50,518 nt of DNA from a virus (lineage: Duplodnaviria > Caudoviricetes), in the IMG/VR virus record IMGVR_UViG_3300012683_000004, positions 1 through 50,518 of that record, one strand, 5' to 3'. Under the pieces are notes generated by a model. It was not told the origin of the DNA. It saw nothing but the letters and a program-made list of their open reading frames with translations, and did not search any database. The position numbers and the translations under genes were made by a program. Of the stretch, positions 24,887 to 34,883 are shown in pieces. Position 1 is the stretch's first letter; every line of letters begins with the position of its first letter.

Positions 24887-26376
24887 TCAGGCCCGTCTTG
24901 GGGTGGGGGGGAGGGGTGGCTGCCCTCGCGCTACTAATTCTACCCGGGCAGCCTGTTTTTCACAGTCGCCTAGGGGCTGCTCCTGGCACTGTTAGCGACC
25001 TGGCTATCGTGGCTCCGGTCGCCGATACGTTCGTCACGCTTGCGTGGACAGGAGTAGCTTCTGGTGACTCTACGATCGCACGCTACGATGTACGGCAGGC
25101 TATTGGCACATTCACTGGGGCGAACTTTCCTTGGGGCGGAGGCGGAGCGTCAGTAAAGAGTGGGACCTGCTTTGGCAATCGAGTAACGGGTACGAGTAGC
25201 ACAGGCGGGGAGCGTATTACCTGCACAGTAGGGCGCCTAACGGCTAGTACCGGCTACAGCTTCGAGCTAGTTGCCTATACGGGGACCTTGAACTCCAATG
25301 CCGTATTTGGCCCACTCTCGAACGTAGCGACAGGGATCACAGCGCCTAGCACCGTGCCGCCAGTGGCTCGAGTTGTCGTCTCGCTCACTCAGGTGACCCT
25401 ATTCGCCACGCAGACAGTTAAGCTCGGTGCTCAGCTTCAGGACGCTAGCGGAGCGATACTCTCTGGAACGGTAACATGGAGTGCCTCTCCCGCTAGTGTA
25501 GTAACTGTCTCTAGCACCGGCCTCGTCACTGCAGTCGCAGTGGGCTCCGGCACGATCACAGCTCGTAGCGCGAACGGTATCACTGGCACCTGTGCGGTAA
25601 CGGTAGTACTTGTGCCCGTGAGGACTCTCTCTATATCCCCGGCACCAGATACTCTCGTTGTGGGACAGAGTATTCAGCTCGTCGCTTCTGCATTCGACTC
25701 TGCTGGACATCTACTAACGGGACGCCCAATCACCTGGACAGACTCGACGCCGAGTATCATCTCCGTATCTCCGATCGGGCTCGTCGGTGCTCTAGCTCCT
25801 GGTATAGGGATTGTCAAAGCAACAAGCGGGAGCATTATTCAGACTGCTACTGTGGTAGTGCTCTCGCCTCCGCCTCCTCCTCAGCCCGCGAGTACGACCT
25901 TCGTGGCCGTCTTACCGCGGGTCAAGACGTTCAAGTTCGTGCCGCCGATCGTATTATCTATCGGCATGGGGCAGTATGCGATGGCGTCGGCCGTGCCTGT
26001 AGATTCAGCGGGTGATCTCTTAGGGGACGTGGTTACGTGGACAGTCGCGGACTCGACCGTAGTGAAGGTAACTGTCCCGTTCCAAGGAGTGTCGAATGCG
26101 GCCGAGATCGTCGCCGTCGCGCCCGGCACGACTGTAGTGACTGCTAGCGTAGGCACGGTGGCAACCCGCGCGACTGTGACAGTCACGCCGGCGGACACGA
26201 CGCTGCTCTCATGGCTTGTTGGCGGGGTGCAGGTGCCAAGTCAGCCGCTGCTCCGTCACTTCACCTTGCCGATTACCCTGACGCTGTTCAACCGGCCCTG
26301 CTACACGGTGAACTTCACTGCGCCGGGGATCGACTCGGTAGTGGCGACGACGCTGGCGTGCATCCGGAAGCCATGA
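24883..26376 (+). CDS. FN3 plus three Big_2 Ig-like domain protein with signal/TM N-terminus
   Basis: PGTVSDL..VTLAW..YDVR..L...TGY.F..VA (FN3); repeats of D.SG..L.G..(V/I)TW....V.V...GLV.A...G. Confidence 0.85.
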   Translation: MIRPVLGWGGGVAALALLILPGQPVFHSRLGAAPGTVSDLAIVAPVADTFVTLAWTGVASGDSTIARYDVRQAIGTFTGANFPWGGGGASVKSGTCFGNRVTGTSSTGGERITCTVGRLTASTGYSFELVAYTGTLNSNAVFGPLSNVATGITAPSTVPPVARVVVSLTQVTLFATQTVKLGAQLQDASGAILSGTVTWSASPASVVTVSSTGLVTAVAVGSGTITARSANGITGTCAVTVVLVPVRTLSISPAPDTLVVGQSIQLVASAFDSAGHLLTGRPITWTDSTPSIISVSPIGLVGALAPGIGIVKATSGSIIQTATVVVLSPPPPPQPASTTFVAVLPRVKTFKFVPPIVLSIGMGQYAMASAVPVDSAGDLLGDVVTWTVADSTVVKVTVPFQGVSNAAEIVAVAPGTTVVTASVGTVATRATVTVTPADTTLLSWLVGGVQVPSQPLLRHFTLPITLTLFNRPCYTVNFTAPGIDSVVATTLACIRKP

Positions 26377-26567
26377 GAGGAATCGACACTTCGCTAGTAG
26401 ATCGTAGTATGAGTCGGCAAGATGCTACGATGGAGGTAGAGCGTATGGCGGGTTGGCTATACGATATGAAGATCGTTCCGCCGATGACGGAAGCGGCGAC
26501 GTTCTTCATTCATAGGAGACGTCTTGCCTTCTACGCGCGTGACCCACGTCAGAGGGACGTCGAGTGA
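26373..26567 (+). CDS. Hypothetical protein
   Basis: ATGA and GTGA coupled. Confidence 0.55.
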   Translation: MRGIDTSLVDRSMSRQDATMEVERMAGWLYDMKIVPPMTEAATFFIHRRRLAFYARDPRQRDVE

Positions 26568-28654
26568 CGACGCCACTGCATCCGGACTCTGAGTTCGAGT
26601 TCCGTGGAGCGGAGCCTCCTCAGCCGCCCGAGTCGGTAGATGTAGACCGAACAGGGGCAGAGAAGCCTGCTGAGACTACTCAGCGGCCGGACTTTCCTCC
26701 CTCAATTCTAGACGTCTCTCAAGAGCAGAAGGACAAGCTCCTAATCTGGCTCGATCAGTGGATTCGAGATCTCGAGAGCGCACAGTCTGATAAGATGACT
26801 GACTGGGCGGCACAGGAAGACGACTACCGTGCGCTGACGCCAGGTGCTCTAGAATTCGAGCCCTTTAAGGGTGCGTGCAGGGATGTAATCCCTGTAGGCG
26901 CAATGGCAGTAGATCCCATCCACGCTCGGCTGAGTATCGGCATCTTCAAGCAAGACCCGGTCTTCACGTTCAAGGCGCTAAAGAAGGAATACGCTTCCGA
27001 GATCAACTCGGTAGAGAAGTTTGTGGAGTTCTATCAGAAACACTACCTCAAACTCCGCAAGGTCTCCAGCCCTCGGCTTCTCGAAGAATGTAAGCTAGGC
27101 ACGTGCGTCTTCAAGACTGTGTACGACGTAGACGAGTACCCAGTCCTGAAGTACGACGCAGCCTTCAAGCCCATTAAGGGTAAGGAGATTCGCTTCCGTG
27201 GGCCAAGGGTATTTGGGGTAAGTCTAGGAGATCTGCTTTTCCCGCCCAACTACGAGGACCTGCAAGACTGTCCCATCGTTGCTGAGCGACAGCGGACGAC
27301 GTACGAGAAGCTCAAGGTCCGCGAAGCGGCCGGCAAGTTGGCGAACGTAGATGCGGTTAAGAATCAGCAGACGATCGGTATTCGTACTGATCTCGAATCT
27401 GCTCGAGAGCGCGCAGGCCGTCATGCGCTCCGCACTACGTTCGCCAATGAAGTTACAGTATACGAGGCGTGGTGCGACTACGATATCAACGGTGATGGAC
27501 TGCCGGAGCATCTAGTCATCACGTATCATAAGGACAACCGCGCTATCCTGCAGCTTCGCTACAACTGGTACTTCCATCAGCGTAAGCCGTACACGCTGAT
27601 TCCTTATACCACGACGAACGACTCACTCTACGGCTTGGGCATTCTCGAGATGACCAAGCCCTTCCAGGACGCGATCACGAGGTTGCATCGTCTCGCTTCC
27701 GACAATGCATATCTGGCCAACGTCAGAATGTTCATTGTCAGGCGAAACTCGGGAATAGAGAAGGTTCCTCGTCTCTACACCGGCCGATGCTTCTTTGTCG
27801 ATGAGCCAAGTAAGGACTTCATTCCGTTTGCGGTGAGCGACATCTATCCATCAACGCTAGCGGAACGGCAGAATCTCTTCGGTATGCTAGAGAAGCGCAC
27901 CGGTGTCAGCGACTATCTCACTGGACGAGAGTCTCCTGTTATTGGCACTCGCGCAACGGCGACGAGCACGCTAGCTCTGATTCAGGAAGCCAAGGCGCGG
28001 GTCGAAGAGGTGCTGCAGAATATCCGAGACGGCTACGAAGAGATCGTTCAGAACTGCATCTCGATCTGGATTCAGTTTGGCACGGGCGGAGTTGAGGATC
28101 TCATCTTTGGCGGCGATCAGGTTGCACAGGATGTGAAGAAGTTCTTCAACTCTGTAACGCAGGAGAACGTGAACGGGCTCTTCGCGGTTGGCCTAACCGT
28201 CACCGAAGCTGCCACTTCTAAGCAGGCTCAGCAGCAGATGCAGCTGGCGCTTATCCAGATCATGATGCAGTATCTCGAGAAGGTGCTGCAGGCTGGCGAA
28301 GCTGCGCTGATGGCAATGAAGCAGGGCTTGCCCGAGTACACGGAAATGGTCAAGGAGGTGATGAAGGCGGCGAGGGCGATGTTCCTCGATCTGACGAAGA
28401 AGTACGACGTGGCGAACCCGGAGGACTACATTCCAGATCTGGAGAAATACCTTGAGAATGCCGGACAAGGAGGGCAGCCTCCCGTTGGACCAGGAGGAGG
28501 CAATGGAGCTACGGGACAGCCTGGAGGAGCTACAGACGCATCCGGCGTACCTCTGGGTCGTGGCCCGTTTAGGGGACCAGCTGTCCCAAACCCTGCGACG
28601 CCTGGAGGGGGAGCAGGATCTGGGCCTGCTGCGGCAGTTGCAGGGGCAGGCTAG
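26564..28654 (+). CDS. Portal protein (P22-like)
   Basis: 696 aa; V.VYE.W..YD..GDG..E, YGLGI.E, E.RTG.S...G......TAT, Q-rich barrel. Confidence 0.85.
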   Translation: MTTPLHPDSEFEFRGAEPPQPPESVDVDRTGAEKPAETTQRPDFPPSILDVSQEQKDKLLIWLDQWIRDLESAQSDKMTDWAAQEDDYRALTPGALEFEPFKGACRDVIPVGAMAVDPIHARLSIGIFKQDPVFTFKALKKEYASEINSVEKFVEFYQKHYLKLRKVSSPRLLEECKLGTCVFKTVYDVDEYPVLKYDAAFKPIKGKEIRFRGPRVFGVSLGDLLFPPNYEDLQDCPIVAERQRTTYEKLKVREAAGKLANVDAVKNQQTIGIRTDLESARERAGRHALRTTFANEVTVYEAWCDYDINGDGLPEHLVITYHKDNRAILQLRYNWYFHQRKPYTLIPYTTTNDSLYGLGILEMTKPFQDAITRLHRLASDNAYLANVRMFIVRRNSGIEKVPRLYTGRCFFVDEPSKDFIPFAVSDIYPSTLAERQNLFGMLEKRTGVSDYLTGRESPVIGTRATATSTLALIQEAKARVEEVLQNIRDGYEEIVQNCISIWIQFGTGGVEDLIFGGDQVAQDVKKFFNSVTQENVNGLFAVGLTVTEAATSKQAQQQMQLALIQIMMQYLEKVLQAGEAALMAMKQGLPEYTEMVKEVMKAARAMFLDLTKKYDVANPEDYIPDLEKYLENAGQGGQPPVGPGGGNGATGQPGGATDASGVPLGRGPFRGPAVPNPATPGGGAGSGPAAAVAGAG

Positions 28655-28787
28655 GGCAATACGCGAAACGCTGGACATGCCGGAAAAGTTGATGCAAGAG
28701 ATCGACAACACTGACTTCCAGACAGCCCGGAGAGTGACCCGTGGGAGCGACAGCGACGCCAGAGAAGAGCGAGCAGCAGCCAGTTAG
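28503..28787 (+). CDS. Small post-portal protein overlapping the portal tail
   Basis: GGAGGAGG RBS; L..HP.Y...LQG...I...L.MPE pattern. Confidence 0.7.
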   Translation: MELRDSLEELQTHPAYLWVVARLGDQLSQTLRRLEGEQDLGLLRQLQGQARAIRETLDMPEKLMQEIDNTDFQTARRVTRGSDSDAREERAAAS

Positions 28788-29556
28788 GGTAGACGTCATG
28801 CTAGACGACGTTGGGGATGCGCTCAAAGCGGAAGAACAGAGGCAGAGCGAAGAAGCTGATGCAGCGAAGAAGAAGAAGGAGCGCGAAGATGCTGCTGCAG
28901 AGCGCGATGCTGACCCGAGGGTCAAGGCGCTAGAGCAGGCGCTACGGATCAGTGAGGAGTCGCGGAAGCGGACGGAGATGTTCGCTGCGCCTCCGACGGA
29001 GAGGAGAGAAGAGGTTGTCGCTCCGAAGGAGCTAAGTAGAGAAGAGCTAGAGGAGCTGCACAAGACGAATCCCCTCGGGGCGATTGAGTACATGCAGACG
29101 AAGGCCATCCGTGTGGCAGAGGAGAATCTTGCCAGACGACTAGGCCCCTTGTCTGCAGGTGCTGCAACGTCGGCGAGGCAGCTTGCAGAGCAGAAGTACC
29201 CGGACGAGTTTCAGATTCTTCGAGACGACATCGACACAGTCTTGAAGAACCCGGCAGTTGATCAGAACGCAATGGGCAACGCCAAGGCGTGGGACGATCT
29301 GATCTCGTACGTGCGAGGGAAGCCCGGCAACTTCGAGAAGATGCTCGACCACCGGGCAAGCAAGAAACAGGAAGTTGAGCGTACGGCTGCGAGAGAGCAC
29401 GAGGTGGCCGCTGCAGGAGTGCATACGCGCAGCGAGGTGCGCAGTCCGCCACCGGCGAAGGGTAGCTCGCTCGACGCGACGGAGAGGGAGATTGCCAAAG
29501 CGATGGGCATGACGGACTCGGACTACATCAAGTGGAGGAACATCGGCAATGGCTGA
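28741..29556 (+). CDS. Capsid scaffolding protein
   Basis: Charged coiled coil; C-terminal L...EREIA..MGM...DY.KW; upstream of the MCP. Confidence 0.75.
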   Translation: MGATATPEKSEQQPVRVDVMLDDVGDALKAEEQRQSEEADAAKKKKEREDAAAERDADPRVKALEQALRISEESRKRTEMFAAPPTERREEVVAPKELSREELEELHKTNPLGAIEYMQTKAIRVAEENLARRLGPLSAGAATSARQLAEQKYPDEFQILRDDIDTVLKNPAVDQNAMGNAKAWDDLISYVRGKPGNFEKMLDHRASKKQEVERTAAREHEVAAAGVHTRSEVRSPPPAKGSSLDATEREIAKAMGMTDSDYIKWRNIGNG

Positions 29557-30064
29557 CAAGGAAGCACTGGAGACAACTCCGCCGGTGGCCGAAGAGGCGA
29601 TCGCTGCTCCGAAGACCAAGTCGGAAGCGAAGGCGATCATCAACAAGATGCTCGAGAAGTTGCAGAAGATGGACGATCAAAAGCACGGCGGCGCGAGATC
29701 GCGACTGCCGAAGGCGAGGATGCTCGACGCGTCGGCTCTGGAGAGTAAGGATCCGGAGCATCACTACTGCTACGTGAACACCGAGGATGAGGGTAATCTA
29801 CAAGGTCACGCAGATGATGGGTACGTGGCAGTGCCAGAGAAGGAAGCGGAAGCGGCTGGAGTGAGAGTTCACGTCGGGGAGACCCGATTGATGAGGGTTC
29901 CTCGTAAGATCTACGAGGAGAAGATGGACGAGTCGAAGAGACTCAACGACAGTCGCCTGAGGGCTCACCGGGCAGAGGTCCGAGAAGCAGTTGCAGCCGT
30001 GCATCGTGAGCTACAGAAGAGGGGATACGACATCCCTCTCGAACGGCTGCTGGTGGACGAGTAG
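29549..30064 (+). CDS. Conserved head-module protein
   Basis: HY.YVN......GY.V...LMR.P; synteny. Confidence 0.7.
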   Translation: MADKEALETTPPVAEEAIAAPKTKSEAKAIINKMLEKLQKMDDQKHGGARSRLPKARMLDASALESKDPEHHYCYVNTEDEGNLQGHADDGYVAVPEKEAEAAGVRVHVGETRLMRVPRKIYEEKMDESKRLNDSRLRAHRAEVREAVAAVHRELQKRGYDIPLERLLVDE

Positions 30065-30079
30065 AACGCTGGAGGAAAA

Positions 30080-30571
30080 GTGGCAAGTTCATTTCCAGCC
30101 TTCGTCGCCCATGCTGGCGTAATCGACGAGCCAAAGCAGTACGAGGCTACGTTCCTGAGCACGGACACGTCGCAGACTGCCGAGTTCGTGTTCTTTGACA
30201 CAGCCGACAACAACGTGAAGGTGTGTGGAGCAGACCCCGCGCTCATTCTCGGGCTGTGCACAGGTAGTGGGCCAGCTTCGACGTTGCAGCAGAAGCCGAG
30301 TCCCTACGCGCTGAACAAGTCTCCAGTAGCGGTTCTGTCGAGCGACATCATCATCGGGCTGAGCAGTACCACGACTCCGTCACTAGCTTTCGTGACGAGA
30401 AAGGGTGGGCTCACGAAGGTCACGACAGGTGGTAGGAACATCTGGCAGTGCGACACATCGAAGACCGCTGGCACGGCGAGGTTCGTTATCATCGACGTGG
30501 ACATCGTCAACGGCATCTTCTACGTTCGCTTCCTGCCGGCCAACCTACAAGGTCAGGCAGTCGTCAGTTAA
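30080..30571 (+). CDS. Putative capsid decoration/cement protein
   Basis: Small beta-rich ORF immediately before the MCP. Confidence 0.55.
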   Translation: MASSFPAFVAHAGVIDEPKQYEATFLSTDTSQTAEFVFFDTADNNVKVCGADPALILGLCTGSGPASTLQQKPSPYALNKSPVAVLSSDIIIGLSSTTTPSLAFVTRKGGLTKVTTGGRNIWQCDTSKTAGTARFVIIDVDIVNGIFYVRFLPANLQGQAVVS

Positions 30572-30589
30572 CCGGAAAGGAGCTACAGC

Positions 30590-31489
30590 ATGGTTATGGT
30601 ACGTGGCGCCTTTTCCAACCTACTGGCGCCTGGGTTCCGAAAGATCGTCTTCGAGACGTACAAGGAAAGACCCACTGAAGGCGATCGCTGGATCAACATG
30701 GGCAGTAGCCAGCGAGCGTACGAAGAAGATTTCCCGATCGCCGGCTTCGGCACCTTGCTCCCAAAGGGCGAGGGCGCTCCGATCACCTACCAGGACGCAA
30801 TCCAGGGGATTCTCAAGAGGTACATCTGGACGACGTTCGGGCTGGGCTTCAGAATCACGGAAGAGATGATGGAAGACGACCTGTACGGCATCATGGGAGC
30901 GAAGATGTCGAAGGCGCTCGGTCGTTCGGCCAGGAACAACTTCGAGGTGGTAACGCACGCGGTTCTGAACAGCGCGTTCGACACGGCTGTGAACGGGTTC
31001 ACCTCTGGTGAGTCCCTGATCAGCACGAGCCATGTGACCTTGAGGGGTCTCACGCAGAGCAACAGGCCGGCGACGGACACGAACATGTCGCTGCCGGCGC
31101 TACAAGCTGCCATCGAGGCATTCCACGCCTTGAACGACGAGGCGGGGATTCCGGCGATGTTCATTCCGAAGTGGGTGATCTACGACGTTTCGAACCACTG
31201 GATCGTCAACCAGATCCTCAAGACGGAGAAGCTGCCTGGCGGCAATCAGAACGACATCAACCAGCTGGCTCGCGAGGGGATGACAGGGTTTCTGGACCAC
31301 TACCTCACGAACCCGAAGGCATGGTACGTGCTGGCTGACAACCACGACCTGAACTACTTCGACCGGCGGAAGCCTCGTCTGACAAACACGGACGACTTCG
31401 AGACGGGCGACGCGAAGTTCAAGCTGACTCGCCGCAACGGCGCCGGCTTCGGCGACTGGCGTGGCGTGTACGGCTCACCTGGCATATAG
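30590..31489 (+). CDS. Major capsid protein (Mu gpT-like HK97 fold)
   Basis: LL.PG....F..Y, S.RAYEE..GFG..K.EG, GF.IT.E..EDDLY, YLT...AW, D.DF.TG, G..DWRG.YGS.G. Confidence 0.9.
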   Translation: MVMVRGAFSNLLAPGFRKIVFETYKERPTEGDRWINMGSSQRAYEEDFPIAGFGTLLPKGEGAPITYQDAIQGILKRYIWTTFGLGFRITEEMMEDDLYGIMGAKMSKALGRSARNNFEVVTHAVLNSAFDTAVNGFTSGESLISTSHVTLRGLTQSNRPATDTNMSLPALQAAIEAFHALNDEAGIPAMFIPKWVIYDVSNHWIVNQILKTEKLPGGNQNDINQLAREGMTGFLDHYLTNPKAWYVLADNHDLNYFDRRKPRLTNTDDFETGDAKFKLTRRNGAGFGDWRGVYGSPGI

Positions 31490-31498
31490 GGGGTCACG

Positions 31499-32242
31499 AT
31501 GCCTCTCGTAGGAACCCAAGGGTCCGCTTACCCCTATCCATCTACTCGTAGCATCACTACGAGTGGGCGTAGGGGTGTCATGCGCGGCATGTCTGCTGCG
31601 TATCACCAGACGTGGGCGGCTCCGACTGCTGTGGTGACTAACGGTTTGATCACCGCAACGCCGGGGCCGAACACGGCAACGTTCACGTACGTTCCGGGAA
31701 CGGCACCTTTCACAGGTACGCTGGTCTCGGGGAACAAGGCAGTCCTGCTTCCGACGTACGGACCGTGGACAGGAAGTAGAAACGTCGTGATCACGGTCAC
31801 TCACGGGTCAGCAGTCGTGGCCCTGAGTGGCTTGATCACAGGGGTCGATGTGTACGGAAACACCATCGTCGAGGCCTGGTCGGTCACGGCTGGTGGGACG
31901 ACGAAGACATTCACTGGAGTCAAGGCGTTCAAGAACATCACTAGTATCACGGCGGTGGCGGCGGCAGACGCAACACTCGACACCATCATTGCCGGCGACG
32001 GCAACGTGCTGGGACTGGACGTGAGGAACGAGACTCCGGGTGCTGGAGCAGCACTGAAGGAACTGGTGGACGGAGCGCTGGTGACAACGGGTACGCTAAC
32101 CGCGATTGGCGTAACGTCGGGCTATTCTTCGGCGTTTGCCGCTGATCCGCGGGGCACGTACGCACCAGCGACGGCCCCTAACGGGGCGCACAACTACGAC
32201 GTCTGGGTTCTCTCAGACGATCCAGAGTTCAGCGCAAGCTGA
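31499..32242 (+). CDS. Virion structural protein (head decoration/fibre-like)
   Basis: RNV.IT...G.D.YG..I.E...G.KAFK.ITS...DPRGTY.P...NG. Confidence 0.7.
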   Translation: MPLVGTQGSAYPYPSTRSITTSGRRGVMRGMSAAYHQTWAAPTAVVTNGLITATPGPNTATFTYVPGTAPFTGTLVSGNKAVLLPTYGPWTGSRNVVITVTHGSAVVALSGLITGVDVYGNTIVEAWSVTAGGTTKTFTGVKAFKNITSITAVAAADATLDTIIAGDGNVLGLDVRNETPGAGAALKELVDGALVTTGTLTAIGVTSGYSSAFAADPRGTYAPATAPNGAHNYDVWVLSDDPEFSAS

Positions 32243-32246
32243 TCAT

Positions 32247-32266
32247 CTGGTACAGGTTTGTACAAG
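32247..32266. promoter_or_regulatory. Palindromic site #7
   Basis: CTGGTACAGGTTTGTACAAG. Confidence 0.75.
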
Positions 32267-32563
32267 ATGCGACGAATGATCGCTGTAGGTGTAGTGGGTT
32301 CGTGGGCAGGCGACTGGCAGATCGTTCAGGGTAACGAACGCGCTGCCGTCGCCTCGCCCATAGGGGACGGAGAAAAGGTCTGGTTGGAGGGAGAGGGAGA
32401 TGACGTCTGTGATGTCGTCAATCTAGGCCCTATTCCTATCATACTGGACGTGACCTTCTGGCGTCGCTACCGAGTCATTAAGGACGGTAGTAGGGCAAAG
32501 CACGAGCTACCTACCACTGTGGAGATAATACTTAATGTCTCGGCACCTGCACCGCACGATTGA
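32267..32563 (+). CDS. Hypothetical virion-module protein
   Basis: ORF in structural operon. Confidence 0.55.
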   Translation: MRRMIAVGVVGSWAGDWQIVQGNERAAVASPIGDGEKVWLEGEGDDVCDVVNLGPIPIILDVTFWRRYRVIKDGSRAKHELPTTVEIILNVSAPAPHD

Positions 32564-32888
32564 TCTCACGATCGCCAACGGTGGAACGGATAGCAACATA
32601 GTCGTAGGTACCGATGGACGAGTCGGATTCGGCTCGTCGCACGGTATCACGATCTGGGCACCAGCGGCACTGACAGGTGTCATTACCGTGCTAGTGTCTT
32701 ACCTGCTTACTCCCACGGTAGAGTTCGATACACTCCAGCTGACTCCTGGAACTGACGTGACGATAGCTGCCGGTAAGGCTGTCGTCATTCCACATCCCGG
32801 CTTCTATGCTCTGCGGCTTCACAGTGCGAGTGCTGAAGGCGCACAGCGAGTGTTCCAGCTGGTCTCCCAGGTAGACGGATCGTTGTGA
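32535..32888 (+). CDS. Putative virion protein
   Basis: Beta-rich 117 aa. Confidence 0.65.
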   Translation: MSRHLHRTIDLTIANGGTDSNIVVGTDGRVGFGSSHGITIWAPAALTGVITVLVSYLLTPTVEFDTLQLTPGTDVTIAAGKAVVIPHPGFYALRLHSASAEGAQRVFQLVSQVDGSL

Positions 32889-33064
32889 GTGAGCCGATAG
32901 TAGCGGGGATAGCGGCCCTGATACTGACGTTACTCGTTCACACCGGGGCGCTATTTTATTGGGGCGGCACGGTGAAGCAGATGCTAAGAGATCACGATAA
33001 GAGAATTGAGAATCTGGAGCGACGAGCGTACCCGCGTCGGGAAGACTCGAGACAACACCAGTAA
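32885..33064 (+). CDS. Small TM plus coiled-coil protein (59 aa, not in track)
   Basis: MSEPIVAGIAALILTLLVHTGALFYWGG...DHDKRIENLE. Confidence 0.7.
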   Translation: MSEPIVAGIAALILTLLVHTGALFYWGGTVKQMLRDHDKRIENLERRAYPRREDSRQHQ

Positions 33065-33079
33065 AGGAGCGCCGTACAC

Positions 33080-33523
33080 ATGGCTGAGCGGTATCGCTGG
33101 ACTAAGGCGGACATCGCGCTAGCGGCGACTGTGGCAAAAACAGTCGCAGAGCTGCAGACAGCCGCAACGAGGCGTGCGTGGATCGCCGGCTGGTGGATCA
33201 GCTTTGACGGGGCGACGGCGACGAACACTCCTGTGCTAGTGGAGCTGCTTCGCGCTTCGGCGGGCATCACGGGAACGACGCTTGCGGCGAACCCGGTGGA
33301 CGTGGCGGGCGTAGCGGCGGTCAGCACTGTTAAGCACACGGCCACCGCCGAGGGGACGGGAACCACGGTGCTCGACACCTGGAGATTGCCCCCGACGAGC
33401 GGGATTCAGATACCGTTCGAGCAGAGAGACTACGTGCTCGTCGGCGTCAGCGCCTTCTGGCGTATCCGGTGCACTGCACCGCAGAACGTCAACACCACGG
33501 TCGGCTTCTGGTTTGAGGAGTAA
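33080..33523 (+). CDS. Putative virion protein
   Basis: AAGGAG RBS; beta-rich. Confidence 0.7.
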   Translation: MAERYRWTKADIALAATVAKTVAELQTAATRRAWIAGWWISFDGATATNTPVLVELLRASAGITGTTLAANPVDVAGVAAVSTVKHTATAEGTGTTVLDTWRLPPTSGIQIPFEQRDYVLVGVSAFWRIRCTAPQNVNTTVGFWFEE

Positions 33524-33528
33524 TCCTC

Positions 33529-34653
33529 ATGTACTGTGATATTGACGAGGTAGCTCGCTCGTTAGCTCGAATCGGCAAGATGGCTCGCGACATGCCACCG
33601 TCCTGGGATGGTGCTAAGTGTCGCACGCTAGTTGCTGGTCCGAGCTTCGAGCATGTTGGCTACATGCTACCGGGTAGGGGACTACAGCTCGACTGCGATC
33701 TCAAGTATCTCGGAATCAAGAAGCCGCTTCCGTTTGTGTATCAAGATACGCTTCGACGGAGGCTGTTCGAGATACTTCGTAGCGAGCGCGGAGCCATAGC
33801 CACGTACGACGGCATCATCAACGCTCGTGCTAGTGGGCAGTTCAACGACGTTCCGTTCACCAAAAATACGCTGACCACGGTAGCTAACCAGTGGTCATCG
33901 CTACTACGAGCTGGCGGGCAGCCGGCAGCGATGGTCGTCAACGCGACTACTGCTCCGACAGAGACGGCTACCGATCGCACGACAACTGGTGCGCTGTCAG
34001 TTGGGTTAGTGAATCCTGGCGGCTCCAATCGTAAGTATCTACTTACGTTTGGCTTTGGCTCCAGTTCCACTATCAACTTTGCGCTGCTTCTAGACGTGCA
34101 CGTTCAAGGCGGCGCATTTAGGCTGACCGTTTCCACTGCCGAGACAGTTGCCTCTCCGGTGGCAGTCGTAAGAAATTACGGGAATGCCGCCACTGGCGCA
34201 GGAAACTGCATTAGCTTCATTGAAACAACTGCTAGCAGTGCGACGGCGCATACCCTTACAGTATCGTACAAGAATCAGGTCGGCTCGTCTACTTCTGTTG
34301 TCTTTTCTGCTCCTGCCACTGCCGGAACTATCGACGGAATATACCCTGTCGCGTCGACTAACTGGTTCATTCCGCTGGCTAGCGGCGACTTTGGCGTGCA
34401 GAGCGTGTCACAGACACAGAGCAACACGATACTGGCTGCTGGAGTGCTAGCGCTGATACTACACTATCCGTTGATGCTAGTTCCTGGCATTACGGCTAAC
34501 GTATACATCGAGCGAGACTCTACTGTTCAGATCGACGCGCTCACTGAGCTAGCGAATAGCTCTCAGGTTTTGGGCTGTTTAGGCGTGTTTGTGTTCACTA
34601 ACGGCACGACGTCTGGACAGTTTACTGGAATGTACAGGACCTGTGAGGGGTGA
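33529..34653 (+). CDS. Putative virion/tail-associated protein
   Basis: Thr/Ser/Gly-rich; FIPLASGD.GV.SV motif. Confidence 0.7.
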   Translation: MYCDIDEVARSLARIGKMARDMPPSWDGAKCRTLVAGPSFEHVGYMLPGRGLQLDCDLKYLGIKKPLPFVYQDTLRRRLFEILRSERGAIATYDGIINARASGQFNDVPFTKNTLTTVANQWSSLLRAGGQPAAMVVNATTAPTETATDRTTTGALSVGLVNPGGSNRKYLLTFGFGSSSTINFALLLDVHVQGGAFRLTVSTAETVASPVAVVRNYGNAATGAGNCISFIETTASSATAHTLTVSYKNQVGSSTSVVFSAPATAGTIDGIYPVASTNWFIPLASGDFGVQSVSQTQSNTILAAGVLALILHYPLMLVPGITANVYIERDSTVQIDALTELANSSQVLGCLGVFVFTNGTTSGQFTGMYRTCEG

Positions 34654-34883
34654 TGCTAGTAGCTAACAACATAGGTCCGGGAGGAACGTTCTTAGGCGGC
34701 GGTATCATGGCTCGCGGTTCATTGTTGCTTGGAATCAGCAATACCATGATAATCGCGGGCTTTAGCGCATCTGCCCATATCATGCAGTGCATGGAGGGCG
34801 TCGGCGCATTTGCGCTACGTCGGCATAGAGGCAAGTTCGGTGGTACTCAGCCGCAACTGGCGTTTGACAGAGAGAGGCAGTAG
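34650..34883 (+). CDS. Hypothetical protein
   Basis: Coupled to both neighbours. Confidence 0.5.
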   Translation: MMLVANNIGPGGTFLGGGIMARGSLLLGISNTMIIAGFSASAHIMQCMEGVGAFALRRHRGKFGGTQPQLAFDRERQ

